This document shows, piece by piece, positions 25,975 through 39,200 of a stretch of DNA of 64,000 nucleotides (positions within the stretch are counted from its first letter, which is position 1; each line of letters starts with the position of its first letter). The DNA comes from Paragordius varius (taxonomy: Eukaryota; Animalia; Nematomorpha): assembly GCA_964247055.1 (NCBI GenBank), contig OZ176053.1, positions 806,001 through 870,000 on the forward strand, written 5' to 3'. Both the position numbers and the translations under genes were made by a program. The notes beneath the pieces are model-generated. The model ran no database searches, was not told where the DNA came from, and saw nothing but the letters and a program-made list of their open reading frames with translations.

Positions 25975-26100
25975 ACCAGATTTCTTCTTTACAGTGTCCA
26001 ATCATCTTAACATCGCCTTTTATTTATTTCGCTTGAACTTTCCCAAAAATCAAGTCCCTCTCACGTCTCCTCAATATGTGCCCAATGTACGTAAACTTTC
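25975..26100 (-). mobile_element. RTE-clade LINE 3' fragment
   Basis: Minus strand gives YIGHILRRRERDLIFGKVQAK, matching the RTE C-terminal FGH..R...GK..G.R motif. Confidence 0.55.
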
Positions 26101-26826
26101 TTTTATTATAGCTTCCATATTAAATGACTCCCAATATTTATTTTTTTTCTTATTGTTTTATGCTTAACCTGTGCTATTGTAAATTGCCCAACTATAGGGT
26201 GAAATAAGCAACCATTAAAATGCATACATACTCAAATAACTCAGAAACCTAATGGGAATAAATAATATTTTCAATAATTAAGAAAGACAGCACAAAAAAT
26301 ATTTACCAATTAACCAAAAACAGGAAAGGAAAATGAATGATGATCTAGAAAAATAGTGGAATGATCAATCTACAATTATTATTAAAAAAATTAAATGAAT
26401 AAAGTGGTCTAAAGAAATCTCTCTTTCAAACCATCACAAGTGTAACAAATCAATACTAACACCCCATCAATTACTTTTTTTAAAAGGCTTTATAATATAT
26501 ATATATAACAAAAAATAAACCTAATTTGTGATTCAATTATGTTTGATGTCAAAATATTTGATTTTATTTTGTAGATATATACATATATATAAATAGACAA
26601 AACCAAAACATTCATAAATGGATAAAATTACATTACACGATATATGTTTCATTTCGTTTTCGATATTGAATATGAAATGTAATTGATTGATTAATAAGGG
26701 ATCGCATCTAACATAAAAATTACAACTTCTAAAGTATGAAATATTATGGGTTATAAAATGTTTAAAAATTTAAAAAGAATAAAGAAAAACAAATTTATAA
26801 AAAAGGTATCTAAACATTTATTTACT

Positions 26827-28393
26827 CACTGTGTGTAAAATAGAGGGTTAATTATTTTAAAGAAAATTTTTTTCATGAAGTAGCTTATGACCAGCATATT
26901 CATTTGCCGCAAAATTTTTTATTTGATGACAACCTAGTTTTTGGAATATTGAGAGAAAATCGAAAACTGGTAAAAAGTGAAAATTAAGGATAATTCAAAA
27001 AATAATGATAAAATTTGAGATATTATGTTTAATTATCATTTTAGGATACATTTTCAATATATAAATAGCTAAAATAATATAGTTAGGGTTTTAAATTTTA
27101 GCTCAAAAGATGGCGTTTTTCTTTTAACATGTTAAAAGACAAATATTTTTAATGAAACTATATTTAACAAATTTTTTTTAATTATTTACCATTTCTCACT
27201 ATTATAATTTTAACATTCATATTTTATTCAGTAAAAAACTTAATCAAAATAAAACCAAAAATATTGTTTTTTATTTTTGCATTTTTTTGTCATTGGTTTA
27301 TGAGTTATAAAAATTTTATACTGTCTTATTTTGGAATATTACATGAGTGGGAATTACTAAGTATATAAATCATGAAAATAGGATTTAATATCAACCAACA
27401 ATCCTTACAAATCGCTATAAAATATTAATTTATCTTAAACAGACTTGTTACAGGGATTGGTAAGGATTGTTGGTTGATTTTCCACTACTTTTAAATCCTA
27501 TTTTGCATAAATTATATACTTAAAATTCCCACTCATGTATAAATTCAAAATAAAACATTATGAATTTTTTATACATAATACAAAACCACATTTTTGGTTT
27601 TATTTTTGGTTATATTGTTAAGATTTAAAATAGTGAGTTTAGGTAGTAAATAATTAAAAAAAAATTATTTTTATATAGTTTCATTTAAAATATTTGTCTT
27701 TTAGGTAAGTTAAGTTGGACAAAATAAAAAGGATGACACACGATACATTAACGCCCTACAAATTAATCACCTGGAGAGACAAATATAACGAACATCTTAA
27801 TCCTTGACAAAATAAATCTCGAACCGAGATACACCTGATATCGGCATGTGCCTTAAAATGTAAAATTATCATTATACTTTGGTTACATTACCAACTTGGA
27901 ATTCCAACTAATGACAGTCAAGGGGGTCGAAGGATCTCTAGGAAACGTGGACGCTGTAAGATGCGCTGAATCGAAAACTACCTAAAAGAAACCAATCTCA
28001 CTCTATAACAGCTAACAGCATTCTTGTTTACAAACGAATAAACTGGAGAAAATATATATACTTTCCAAAAAAGCAATAAATCGACTACAGTTTATGCTAT
28101 ATAAGGTTATTAGAAAAATGCCATCTTTTGAGCTGAAATTTTATAGAAACTCTAACTATATGATTTTACAGGCTATTTATATATTGAAAATATATTCTAA
28201 AATGATAATAAACCACAATATCTCAAATTTTATCATTGAATTATCCTTAATTATCCTTAATTTTCACATTTTGCCCTATTTCGATTTTCTCTTAACATTT
28301 CAAAAACTAGGTTGTCAACAAATAAAATTTTTGCGGCAAATGAATACGCTGGTCATAAGCTATATCTAGAAAAAAATTTTTTTGCACACAATG
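26827..28393. mobile_element. Large palindromic foldback element (family C) interrupted by a LINE fragment
   Basis: CACTGTG...CACAATG termini; arms mirror each other to a centre at ~27385-27480; ~400-bp insertion in the right arm. Confidence 0.75.
27715..28095 (+). mobile_element. RTE-clade LINE 3' fragment nested in the family C element
   Basis: Frameshifted reading ITWRDK...YFGYIT...KGVEG...RKRGRCKMR. Confidence 0.6.
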
Positions 28394-31300
28394 TTTTAAA
28401 TGCTTATAATACTGTAAAATTGCTTTTTTACAGAATCAAAATCGTGATAAAACGAAGGGCGCTGTTTTTTTAAGCAAAGAAAACAAATTACAAATTTCTC
28501 CTTATAATATTCAATATCTTTATATATTAGAAATTGTTTATAGTTTTGTTTATAAATAATTTACAGTATGAGTAATTATATATTGCTAGAAAGATGGCAT
28601 GTGTAGCAAAGAGAATTATTATTGGCTTATAATAATAAAAAGCGAAAAAAATAACGCTAAACCAATATTAATGCCCCCTTTGTTGTACATGATGCTATTT
28701 GGCAATAATTAATAACTTTCTAACAATGTATACTTATTCATACTGTAAGTATTTTTTACTTGAAATTGGATAGTTTTATTTTCAATATCCGAAACATACA
28801 GGACCATATGCTTGTTTTCTTCATTAGATTTATAAGTGTGATTTAACTCTAAAAAAAAAAATAGCATTAATAATAATGATAATAATATAATTATATAAAC
28901 ATCAAAATTTATTTCAAACCATATTATAGGGGGCCAAGAAATAGCAAACTAACTTGTTTTTAAAAAAAATAATATGAAATTGAGATATCTACAGTAAAAA
29001 ATAACTACTCTTAATCTTGATTTTTTTCTACATACAGTTGTGATTACTTGTAAGGCTTGAATCATAGATTGGGCACCAAGTTATATTAATATCTGCAACC
29101 CAAATATATAATTTTTACAAATCAAGGTTTAAAAAATATGGTTGTCTTTTATTTTTTATGCTTTGTCCGTATAATTTTGATTTTGACAATTATGGTAATA
29201 ATAATTGACTATTAAATCACTCCAACCAAATTTTCCATTCATTACACTGCTCAACAAGGTTTTGCACCACCCCATTATTTTTGCATTTTCTGATACCTAA
29301 TGGCATGGATAGGCCAAAACAAAAAAGAAAATTGAGGCCACCAATATGATTTTTCCAAAATTTAATTTTTAAATTTGTATTTAATACAAAAATAAAAATC
29401 ATTCCTCGTGCATATGTTTAAATATTCAAACAAGCAAGTCGATACAAGTAATTTTTCATGCATGGATAATAAATTCTAGTCATTACATAAGATACTAAAC
29501 AAGCTAAGAGCCAAAGTATTAAAAATCTAAAAGGGCTTAGTATAGTGTGATAGATCCGGGCGGCTGCACAAGCTCTGCATATCCCCCAAGCGATCCTATA
29601 ATTATGCCAGATGTGGCAAAGATAACAATAAGTAATCGTAAAGTCCGATAAGAGAGACTTGCAAGCAAAATCCAGGCAAATTGACATGTTAAATTAACCA
29701 ATTTACAGAATAAAGTTAGATAAATACAATTAAATTGAATATAAATTAGGTAAATACAAATGGTCCAACCCCATAACAGTAATACTAAAAGTGGCTAAAC
29801 AACATCCACCTGAAATTCAAAATACAAAACAACCAATAATTTTAAAAAAATAAGGTATATCCATTAGGTATAAATAAAGGATTTTTTATAAGAACCAACT
29901 CAAGAGAAAAAGTCTAATAAGTACTCGAAAGAACGAAAACTAACAAAAAAATATAGCCTATCTGAAAGCCGAAGGTTTAAACCATAGAATGCCTTTTTTA
30001 GTATTTTTTTAAAAAAAATTTTTATGTGTTAAAAATTCACTTGAAAAAAAAGACTAAATTTTGACGTTTAAGTCCGTACTATTTTTTTCTCTCTGTTATT
30101 TAATTGACATATTTATATTCAAAAGATAGAGTTTAAAACGCTTTATTAAATGATATTAAGTTTATTATAATAACATTTTATTATAAAGTTATATTTAATT
30201 TTCTCTCGATTTTCACTTGTTTTTGAAAAATTTAAAAACCTATAAAATTTTAAAATTCTGATTGGCGGGATCAATTTTATTTTTCAAATTCGGTTTTAAA
30301 ACACTGAAATTAGTCATAATTTAAAAAGTTTGAGTGGTGGTACTTAAAAATGTCCAAATTTGTCGACTAGTGTTAATATAAAAATTGTGTAAAAACGGTC
30401 GTTAATTATTAAAACGAATTTAGTTAAAACGGGGGCAGCATTTTGACCTTAAGCACGGGTCCATTTCTTTTAACCCAAATGTTCAAAACTTACCAGAAAA
30501 AAAATTTGTAAATACGAAATTCTTTAATGATTAGCTTTTGTTCTTTTATAATAATAATAATAATTTAAAACAAAATACCAATTGGGGTAACTAGAGGCCA
30601 CCTTTTTAATTGATATTATTTAAATCCTAATAAAAAGTGCGACCTTAATACATTTATACTTTATCTTAAAAATAAGCCAAAAAGCCAAAATTTCTATAAA
30701 GTTTATTTTTTGAAAAAAGCTTCATCTTATACTTCGAAGCTATAATATTGCATTTATAATATATCGCGTAATTAGATTTTAACGCTATTTTTTTTATAAC
30801 GAAATAGTAATAAGTGAAAGCTTATTAAGCAATAAATATTTTATTTTTAACAGGTCTAGGGTCAGACTCTATATAAATTTGAATTTAAGTGTTAGAACTC
30901 CATTATATTTATGAGAAAAAAGTTGTTAACACTACCATAATCATTGCACCAACAAAAAAATTTTTTTAATACGATTCCGCGTGTCATATATTGAGAAATA
31001 GAAAAATTGAAAACAATTTGCTTATGAGAATCTTAGTTTTATATATTTAAATTTCTAAGCTACCCCTCTTAAAATAGTAAAAACTGAAATTAAACGACAA
31101 AATGTAAAAATATAAAGACAAATATTTTTATCTAAAAGACAACCATACATTTTACTAAATTTATATCAATATAACTCATTGTTTTTTAATATCAAAGTCT
31201 GAAATAGAGATTTATATATTTCTAACTTAATCAATTCTATATTTTACAATTGCAACTAAATAGCTTATATGACAAAATTTATTTAAAAAGTATGGGGTTG

Positions 31301-31403
31301 TTGTATTTTAGACAAAAAAAGTTTGTCTTTATATTTTTACGTTTTGTCCTTCCGTATAATTTCAATTTTTACTGTAAAAGTATTATGAAAGCTTATAGAT
31401 TAC

Positions 31404-33263
31404 TGAAATTAGCCAATACTACATCAGAGCCATTCACCATTGCTTTTTTTAGAAAAGAGATTTTGACGTCCCAAATATGTGGAGGAAAATCCTTGATTAT
31501 TGTATAATTTCTGTGGTCTAACAAAGCATGGTTTTAAACAATATAAATAAAATATTTATATTGATGTATAAATACAAAAATTTAAATTATACGGACAAAA
31601 CGTAAAAATATAAAGACAAATATTTTTTGTTAAAAGACAACCAACCATACTTTTTAAATCTTGATTTTTTAAGATTTAAATAATTGCTAAAAATTGCTAA
31701 GTATGGAATAGAGATGTATATTGTTAACACAATCAATTATATATTTAATAATTGTAAATAAATCATCTATACGGGAAAGATTGAGACTTAAAAAAGTATG
31801 GTTGTCTTCTGAAAAAAATATTTGTTTTTATATTTGTACGTTTTGTCCGTATTCAGTTTTTTTGAAAAATGTTCTTTGCCATAAAATTAACAAAAATACG
31901 CAAATTTAACCTTTACTTAAAGTGAGTTACTTATATTATGAGAATTCACCCTTGAACATTTCAAATTCACCCTTAGACAATTCAAATCCTCAAACGATTC
32001 AGATTCATTCACCCTAAAATATGTTTTAAAATTAAATATTACTATATTTTTTTCTATAAAAATGAAAAATTTTGTTCCATAAATATTTACTGAAAAAATA
32101 AAAAACTATGTGATAAGAATATATCTTCTATTAATGATAAATTATATTGGCTCGAAAACACAATAAATTATTTTTAGTGTGAATTTGAATTGTTTAAGGA
32201 TGAACTTGAATTATAAATGGTATTTTTTATTAGATTAACACAAGACTGTTAAATAAATTACAAACTACTCAATGTTTTAAATTCATTGCCAAAACGTAGA
32301 GTTTAATAAATATTAATTTCTTTTACTAAATAAATAGCAAATTTTGCCCTGATTTAACCAAGTAGAAATTTACTTTATAGAGACAAAATCTAAAAATTAA
32401 AAGACATATTTACAGTTAAAATTAAAATTGTACGGACAAAACGTAAAAAAAGACAAATATTTTTTTTTAAAAAACCATACTATTCAAATCTTAATTTTTC
32501 ATGTCAATTTAATAATGATGTAAAAATATAATCAATTTTGCTCTTAATAACTTTGCAATATTAAATAATGAGTTATATTTAAAAAAAAAGATTTAATTTG
32601 TCGTTATATTTTTACTTTTTCTCCGTATAATTTTAATTTTCATTGTAGAAGCAAATCTATATTTTTCAAAATTTTAATTTTAATTGTATTTAATAAGTTA
32701 CATAAGAAAGGCTTAAAAAGTATATTTATCTTTTTTACATTAATAAATGTTTGTCATTTAGATTTTAAATTTTGTCTGTATATTTTAACTTTAACTGTAA
32801 AACTTACAAACTAATTGCAAAATTACCATGGAACTGTTTGATGATGTTTGATTTAATTTGATAGCATGATTTATTATTTCCCCCACACACTCTACATATA
32901 TCATATTTTGCGCTGAATATATTATTATCACATCCCAATTCCTAAAATATAAAACAGTAAAAATTGGAATTATACGGACAAAATGTTAAAATATAAAGAC
33001 AAATAAATATTTTTTTCTAAAAGACAACAACCAAACTATTTAAATTTTGATATATTTCAATATTACTCACTCATTTTTTTGAATGTCAAAATTGAAATAG
33101 AGATATATATTAACACAATCGATTCTATATTTTACAATTTAATTAAATAACTTATATGAGGAAAATTAAGATTATAAAAACCATGGTTGTCTTTTAGATA
33201 AAAATATTTGTCTTTATATTTTTACGTTTTGTCCGTATAATTTCAATTTTTACTGTAAATACC

Positions 33264-33295
<32 letters not shown>

Positions 33296-36200
33296 TATAT
33301 TATTTACAATTCAAGAATGTCCTTAAACACTTCAAGTTAGTCCTTATTTGAGGGGTATAACCGTAATTTTTGCATGTAATTAACTATTTATTTTAATCTA
33401 ATATCATTTATTTTTATTTTTTATTCAAAATTAACATTTTTCATATTAAATAATTTTTGTTTCGGACAGTTTTTTTAATTGAACAATATTTTATACTTAT
33501 TGATGCATTAGACGGAAAATACAATCAATAACTCGCAAGCTTATGTATATTTTAATTAAAACCTTAATATTTTATAAGAAATTAATAAAAAAATACGGTT
33601 CTTCAAATAAAAAAAATTGATTTTTATGTTTTTAGATTAAATAAAGAAAACAGGTTAAAATGATAGGATAGATGAACGATACATGGTTTGATTAATAATT
33701 TGAAACAAAATAAAAATGTTGAGAGGTTGAAATTGAAATGTTCAAGGACCGAATTTGCAACTTTAAGTGTTAAATGACATTCTTAAAGTGCAAATGGTCT
33801 ATGCCAAAAGGTTTTTTCCCATAAAAAAATGAAAATTATTTTTACCAATTCGACTCCTTTATAACATAAGCCATTGTATGAACCTGAGCTAAAATGTGTA
33901 CCAATCTTAAAATGGAGAGTTGAATTTATGTTGATCTTTTTATCTAACACACGCACACTACAGAACTATATCATTTTTTTAAAAAAAATATCTTATAAAA
34001 TTTGAATACTACTTTAAAAGAAAATGCTTACCCTGCGATCCTATTTTTATGACATATAAATAATTAGTATGGTAACAAAAATTGAAAAATTAGTAAAAAT
34101 TGAAGTTCGCAAATAAAAAACAAAACCATTTTTTTAAATCTTAATTTATTCTATAATAAATCTTTAAATACAATCGTAAAATACATAATTGATTGTGTTA
34201 CCAATTTACATCTCTATATTATACTTTGTAGTTTAAAACTATGAGTTATATTAAATTAATAGAGATTTAAAATGTATGATTGGTTGTCTCTTTTTTAAAA
34301 ATATTTGTCTTTTATTTTACGTTTTGTCCGTGTTATTTCAATTTTTACTAAAGTTTACAGTAACGCGTGTATCCATTATATGGGTCATTAACAAGGTTAA
34401 AAAAAATTTAATTGTATGTGTTAGCAGTTTTGTTTTATATTTACATATTTGATTGTTATAATGGAATTAACCAGTAGCCACCGAATTGGTTCGCAATGAA
34501 ATAATAATAAAATTAAATATGTTATTATCAGGTGTACTGGTTAAGAAACTAAGAGAGGTCAGCGAAAGTACGCAGACGATCGATTCTACGACTCCATTTT
34601 GTATACATCTAACAGGAATGTTATCGAAAGCCCTATCGATTTAATCTCTATGTCGTTATTCACATTCAAAATTTTAAATTTTAAAGACTAAACATATAAA
34701 GAAAAGGCTAATAGCTTTTAAGAAAATCTTATTTTAAATTTTTTACTGGAGATGTTTTCCATTGATTTCTATTTTTATTCGCAACCCCAAACGATTACAT
34801 TAAACATATGACGTAAATTTTATATTTTTTTTAGACTTTACCTTTTTATGGTTGGTTTTTTAGTGTTAATTACTGTAAAATATATATAACTTACCCAAAA
34901 TATATAATTTGTATTGTTGAGAATATGATAATTATATCGATCCCAAGAGATACGATGTTTCTATAATTATATTAATAAAATGGATATATAATGAAAATTT
35001 GAAATATTTGTTATAATAGTCAAACGCTTTTTATATAAAATTTGGATATATTCAAGTTATATTCCGGAAAAGTTCGCAGCACTCTTTGAACTTATTTTAG
35101 AATAATTTAATTGATAAATGCGGCTTAGAATAATCGGGAGGGCGAAGTTTTATATTAAGTCACAACGACGCTACATTATTAAATTAGGCTTATTCACCTA
35201 ACCCCTGTTTTATAGTGTTTTGCTTTAGTAAAGAATAATTTAACTCATGACATTGCGATTTATTATAGAAATGTTATTAAAATATCAAAATTGATCCATA
35301 TTTTTTATCATTCAAATTTTAAAGGAAGTTTATGGCAGATGCCTTATATAAAGAGTTTCCGCCACCCTAGATATTAAGTTGGACCCGCGAAAAATTTGGA
35401 AATTCATTATTTTAAAGAATATGCTTATAAATTTTAAAAAAGAGATTTTCAAAACAAATTATCTGAATAGATAAATTTGATTGACTACGGGCTAGAAAAA
35501 ATTGTTATATTGTGTTTGCATTTTACAGCCCTATGTTTGAATTAATGAATGCTTATAAAATTTCGAATGCGGTCCGCGAAGCCTTTGTGTCGGACATCCC
35601 TGCCTTAAACGATTTGTGGTATTTTGTAAATATATAGTAAAAATTGAAATTATACGGACAAAAAGTAAAAATATAAGGACAAATATTTTTTTCTACAGAC
35701 AACCATATTTATGTTAACTTTTCATTTTTTTCATTATAATCCTTGTAAAATGGCAAAATATGAAATATATATATATATTTCTAATTTTACAAATGGTAAC
35801 TAGATAGCTTATACAAAAAAGCGTTTAATTTATCTTTATATTTTCCCGTTTTGTCCGTATAATGTCAATTTTTACTGTAAAAAGTATAGATGGCAACTCA
35901 TACTCTTTTGGGAAGGGAATTTTTACATGTAGCAATTTCAATAGGCTTTCCAATACATGAAACCAGCTTTCTTCCATCTTTTTTGCCATCCCTATGGATT
36001 AAAAATATATAAGAATGAATTTCATTTAAGTAAGAAAGATACTATCAGATTTACATTAAACATCTTCGTTTTCTTATAGTTAAACCAACATGACTGTTCC
36101 CTTTGCATTTTGTCCATCTAGTCCATTTCTCCCAAGAAACAGTTACAGTAGAATCAGGGTTTGGTTGTGAAACACACTTGCCTTTCTTACACTAGAAGAA

Positions 36201-39200
36201 TAAATATAAAGACAAAACAGTTAAAGTTCCTAGCTAAAACCAATGAAATCCTTAACCATGATTATTTTAATAAAACCAACCAATTGTTTTGGGACGAGAA
36301 ATAAAAAGTTTAATGGATTTTTTAAAACATTCCATTTTATAATCATGAGAATGTAAATTATATTAAAACATATTTTTGCTTTGAAAAAATATCAGTCCTT
36401 TACTTTGATTTTAATGTTTTATTATTTTAATTTATTATATTTACAGTATGCATTTTAATGGTTGCTTATTTCACACTATAATAGTTAGACAATTTGCAAC
36501 TAGGGTTGTGCATTTGACTGCTTTTTCAAAATAGTCCGGTCAGACCATGGTCATGATCACGGTCATGACCACTTAAGTATGTATCATGCAATATTGGATT
36601 GTCAAAATAATGTTAGAATTACACTTGCGTTTCATTAATGTCAGGTTTTTTCTTAAAAGTTTGTATTAAACATTTTTTGATATTTATTATTTACAAATAT
36701 TTTTAATTAAATTTAATCAAGAAATTTATATTCATATGAATTTTGCCATATGTTTATGGCCTTCTGAAGCTATACATAGCTTTTAATACTGGATACACAT
36801 AAATATTTACCTATTTTGTTTTACACTTTCTTTCATCTATAAATATCCAATTATAGAATATTATTTGGAACACTATATGGAATAATTGCATGCAAGGTGC
36901 TTGATTATTTTGTTTTACGAAATACCTGGATATGCTTAAATGCTAATGTTAAAAGGATGCATGTTTAGCAATTTTTAATAATTATTAAATATGCATAATT
37001 AAATATTTAATTTTTAAAAATTTATTAAACTATAAAATGTTACTATCTCGCTTCCAAGAAAATTTACTAGCAATTTTTTAAAATAAAGCTGTTTTTTTAA
37101 TTGACCATGGTCAAAAAATAAATAGTCACTGACCTGGTCATGACCCGGTTAATTGACCGGGTCAGGACTTGGTCAGCACAACCCTATTTGCAACACATTA
37201 GTGTCTGGAGAAAACAACAAAATGTTGAAAAAACAATTTTTTCCTTTCTTTTTTCCATACACTCATGTGTTGCGAATTGCCCAACTATAGTGTAAAAGTA
37301 AATTAAGCAACCATTAAAATGTACACTGTAATCAAAAAATATTAACCACAAAATCTTCATTCTTTTCTTCCAAAAGTTCATTTGTTGTTTGATTGCATGA
37401 ATAATTATCCATGTTAGTGCGTACGATTTCGGTTTCATTGATACTTAATTTGCAATAATAGTTTAAGCAGTTTATCTATATTAAATAGACCACATGTGTA
37501 TTAAAAGAATATACAAAGTTAATTCATTTAATATGCCAATTACATAACAAATTTCAAGCCGACGAAAACTCAGTCCAGCAATAACATGGGCAATAACATT
37601 ACCCCAAGACCTACAGGCCAAAAACATAAAAGCCAGGGATTGGTTAAACAAAAAATCCTTCAATGCAATGATCAAACACCTAAACCCCGCCTCGAAGGGA
37701 TGCCAAGGAATCCCTTAACAACGGCCAATCTCTTATCTACACGTTTACTTTACCCTTGAACAATCTAAATCACCCTTGAGCAATTCAAATTCACCCTACA
37801 AATCATATATGAATTTTCTGGCTAATATAACTCATCATTAATATAAAATAAGTCTGGCTAGTTTATTATTTTTTCTTTATTATTTTAAACAATATCTCAT
37901 TATTAAAATTATAAAAAAATACAGGTAATTTTTAATCTTTAAAACATCGTTCGAAAGTGAAATTTCAAGGGTGGTTTCGAAGTGTTAATGGTATATATAT
38001 GTGTGCAACAAAAATTTTTTTTTCATGAGATAGCTTATGACCAGCGTATTCATTTGCCGCAAAATTTTTATTTGTTGACAACCTAGTTTTTGAAATTTTG
38101 AGAGAAAATCGAAATCGGGCAAAAAGTGAAAATTAAGGATAATTAAGGAAATTCAAAACATAATAATAAATTTGAAATATTATTGTTTAATATCCTTTTA
38201 GGGGATATTTTCAATATACAAATAGCCTAAAATCATAGAGTTAGGGTTTCTATTAAATTTTAGCTTAAAAGGGCAGATTTTAATGAAACTATATTAAATT
38301 AATTATTTTTAATTATTTACCACGTAAACTCACTATTAAAATGTTAATATTCATATTTTATTCAGGAAAAATACTTATATATCAAAATAAAACCAAAAAT
38401 ATGTTTTTTATTTTTGCATTTTTTTGTCATCTGGTTTATGAGTGTATAAAAAATTTATACTGTTTGATTTTGGATTCTTACAGGAGTGAGAATTATTAAA
38501 TATATATTTCATGCAAAATAGGATTTAAAAGTAGTGGTATATCAACCAACAATCATTACAAATCCCTGTAACAAGTTGTTTTATCACAAATTAATATTTT
38601 TACTGGGATTTGTACGGATTTTTGGTTGATATTCCACTACTTGAAAATCAATTTACTTTATAATTCTCGCTCATGTGAAATCCAAAATAAGACAGTAAAT
38701 TTTTTATATCAAACCAGATGATAAAAAATTGAATAATAAAAAACGATGTTTTATAGTTTATTTTAAGATAGAACGTTTTTTACTGAATAAAATATGATGT
38801 TAAGATTTTAATAGTGTGTTTAGCTAGTAAATAATTAAATATTTTATTATAGTTACATATAAATTTTTTTGATTTTGAGTGTGTTGAAAGAAAAACGCCA
38901 TCTGAATTGAGATTTTATATAAATCCTGTTAGGATTTTATATATAATCATAATATCTCAACTTTTATCATTATTTTTTGAATGATCCTATCGTTAATTTT
39001 CAATTTTTGCCCAATTTTGATTTTCTTTTTATATTATAAAAACTAGGTCGTCAACAAATTAAATTTTTTGCGGCAAATGAATTCACTGGTCACAAGCTAT
39101 CTCATAATAACCCTCTTTTTTTGCACACAGTTTATATAGAGTTTTAATAATGAATTGAGAATGGCTAAATGGAATCTTTCTCCTTAGTACGGATTTGGTT

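Noticed and set aside
29520-29800. GPCR-like reading (FCKL...SYR) of the hydrophobic minus-strand frame
   Set aside because: Cys-to-Arg spacing is 20 rather than the class A 25, and T-rich strands give hydrophobic translations by chance.
33308-33383. Possible extra ADAMTS exon LITCKNYG...KCLRTFLN
   Set aside because: Phase 0-to-1 is incompatible with the flanking phase-0 exons.
34520-34600. tRNA- or SINE-like A box (GGTGTACTGGTTAAG) and B-box-like GATCGATTC; also a partial hammerhead look-alike
   Set aside because: No acceptor or anticodon stem, T-loop too long, no CUGANGA. It may instead be a minus-strand ADAMTS exon (AFDNIPVRC...IVC), but its phase does not fit the current model.
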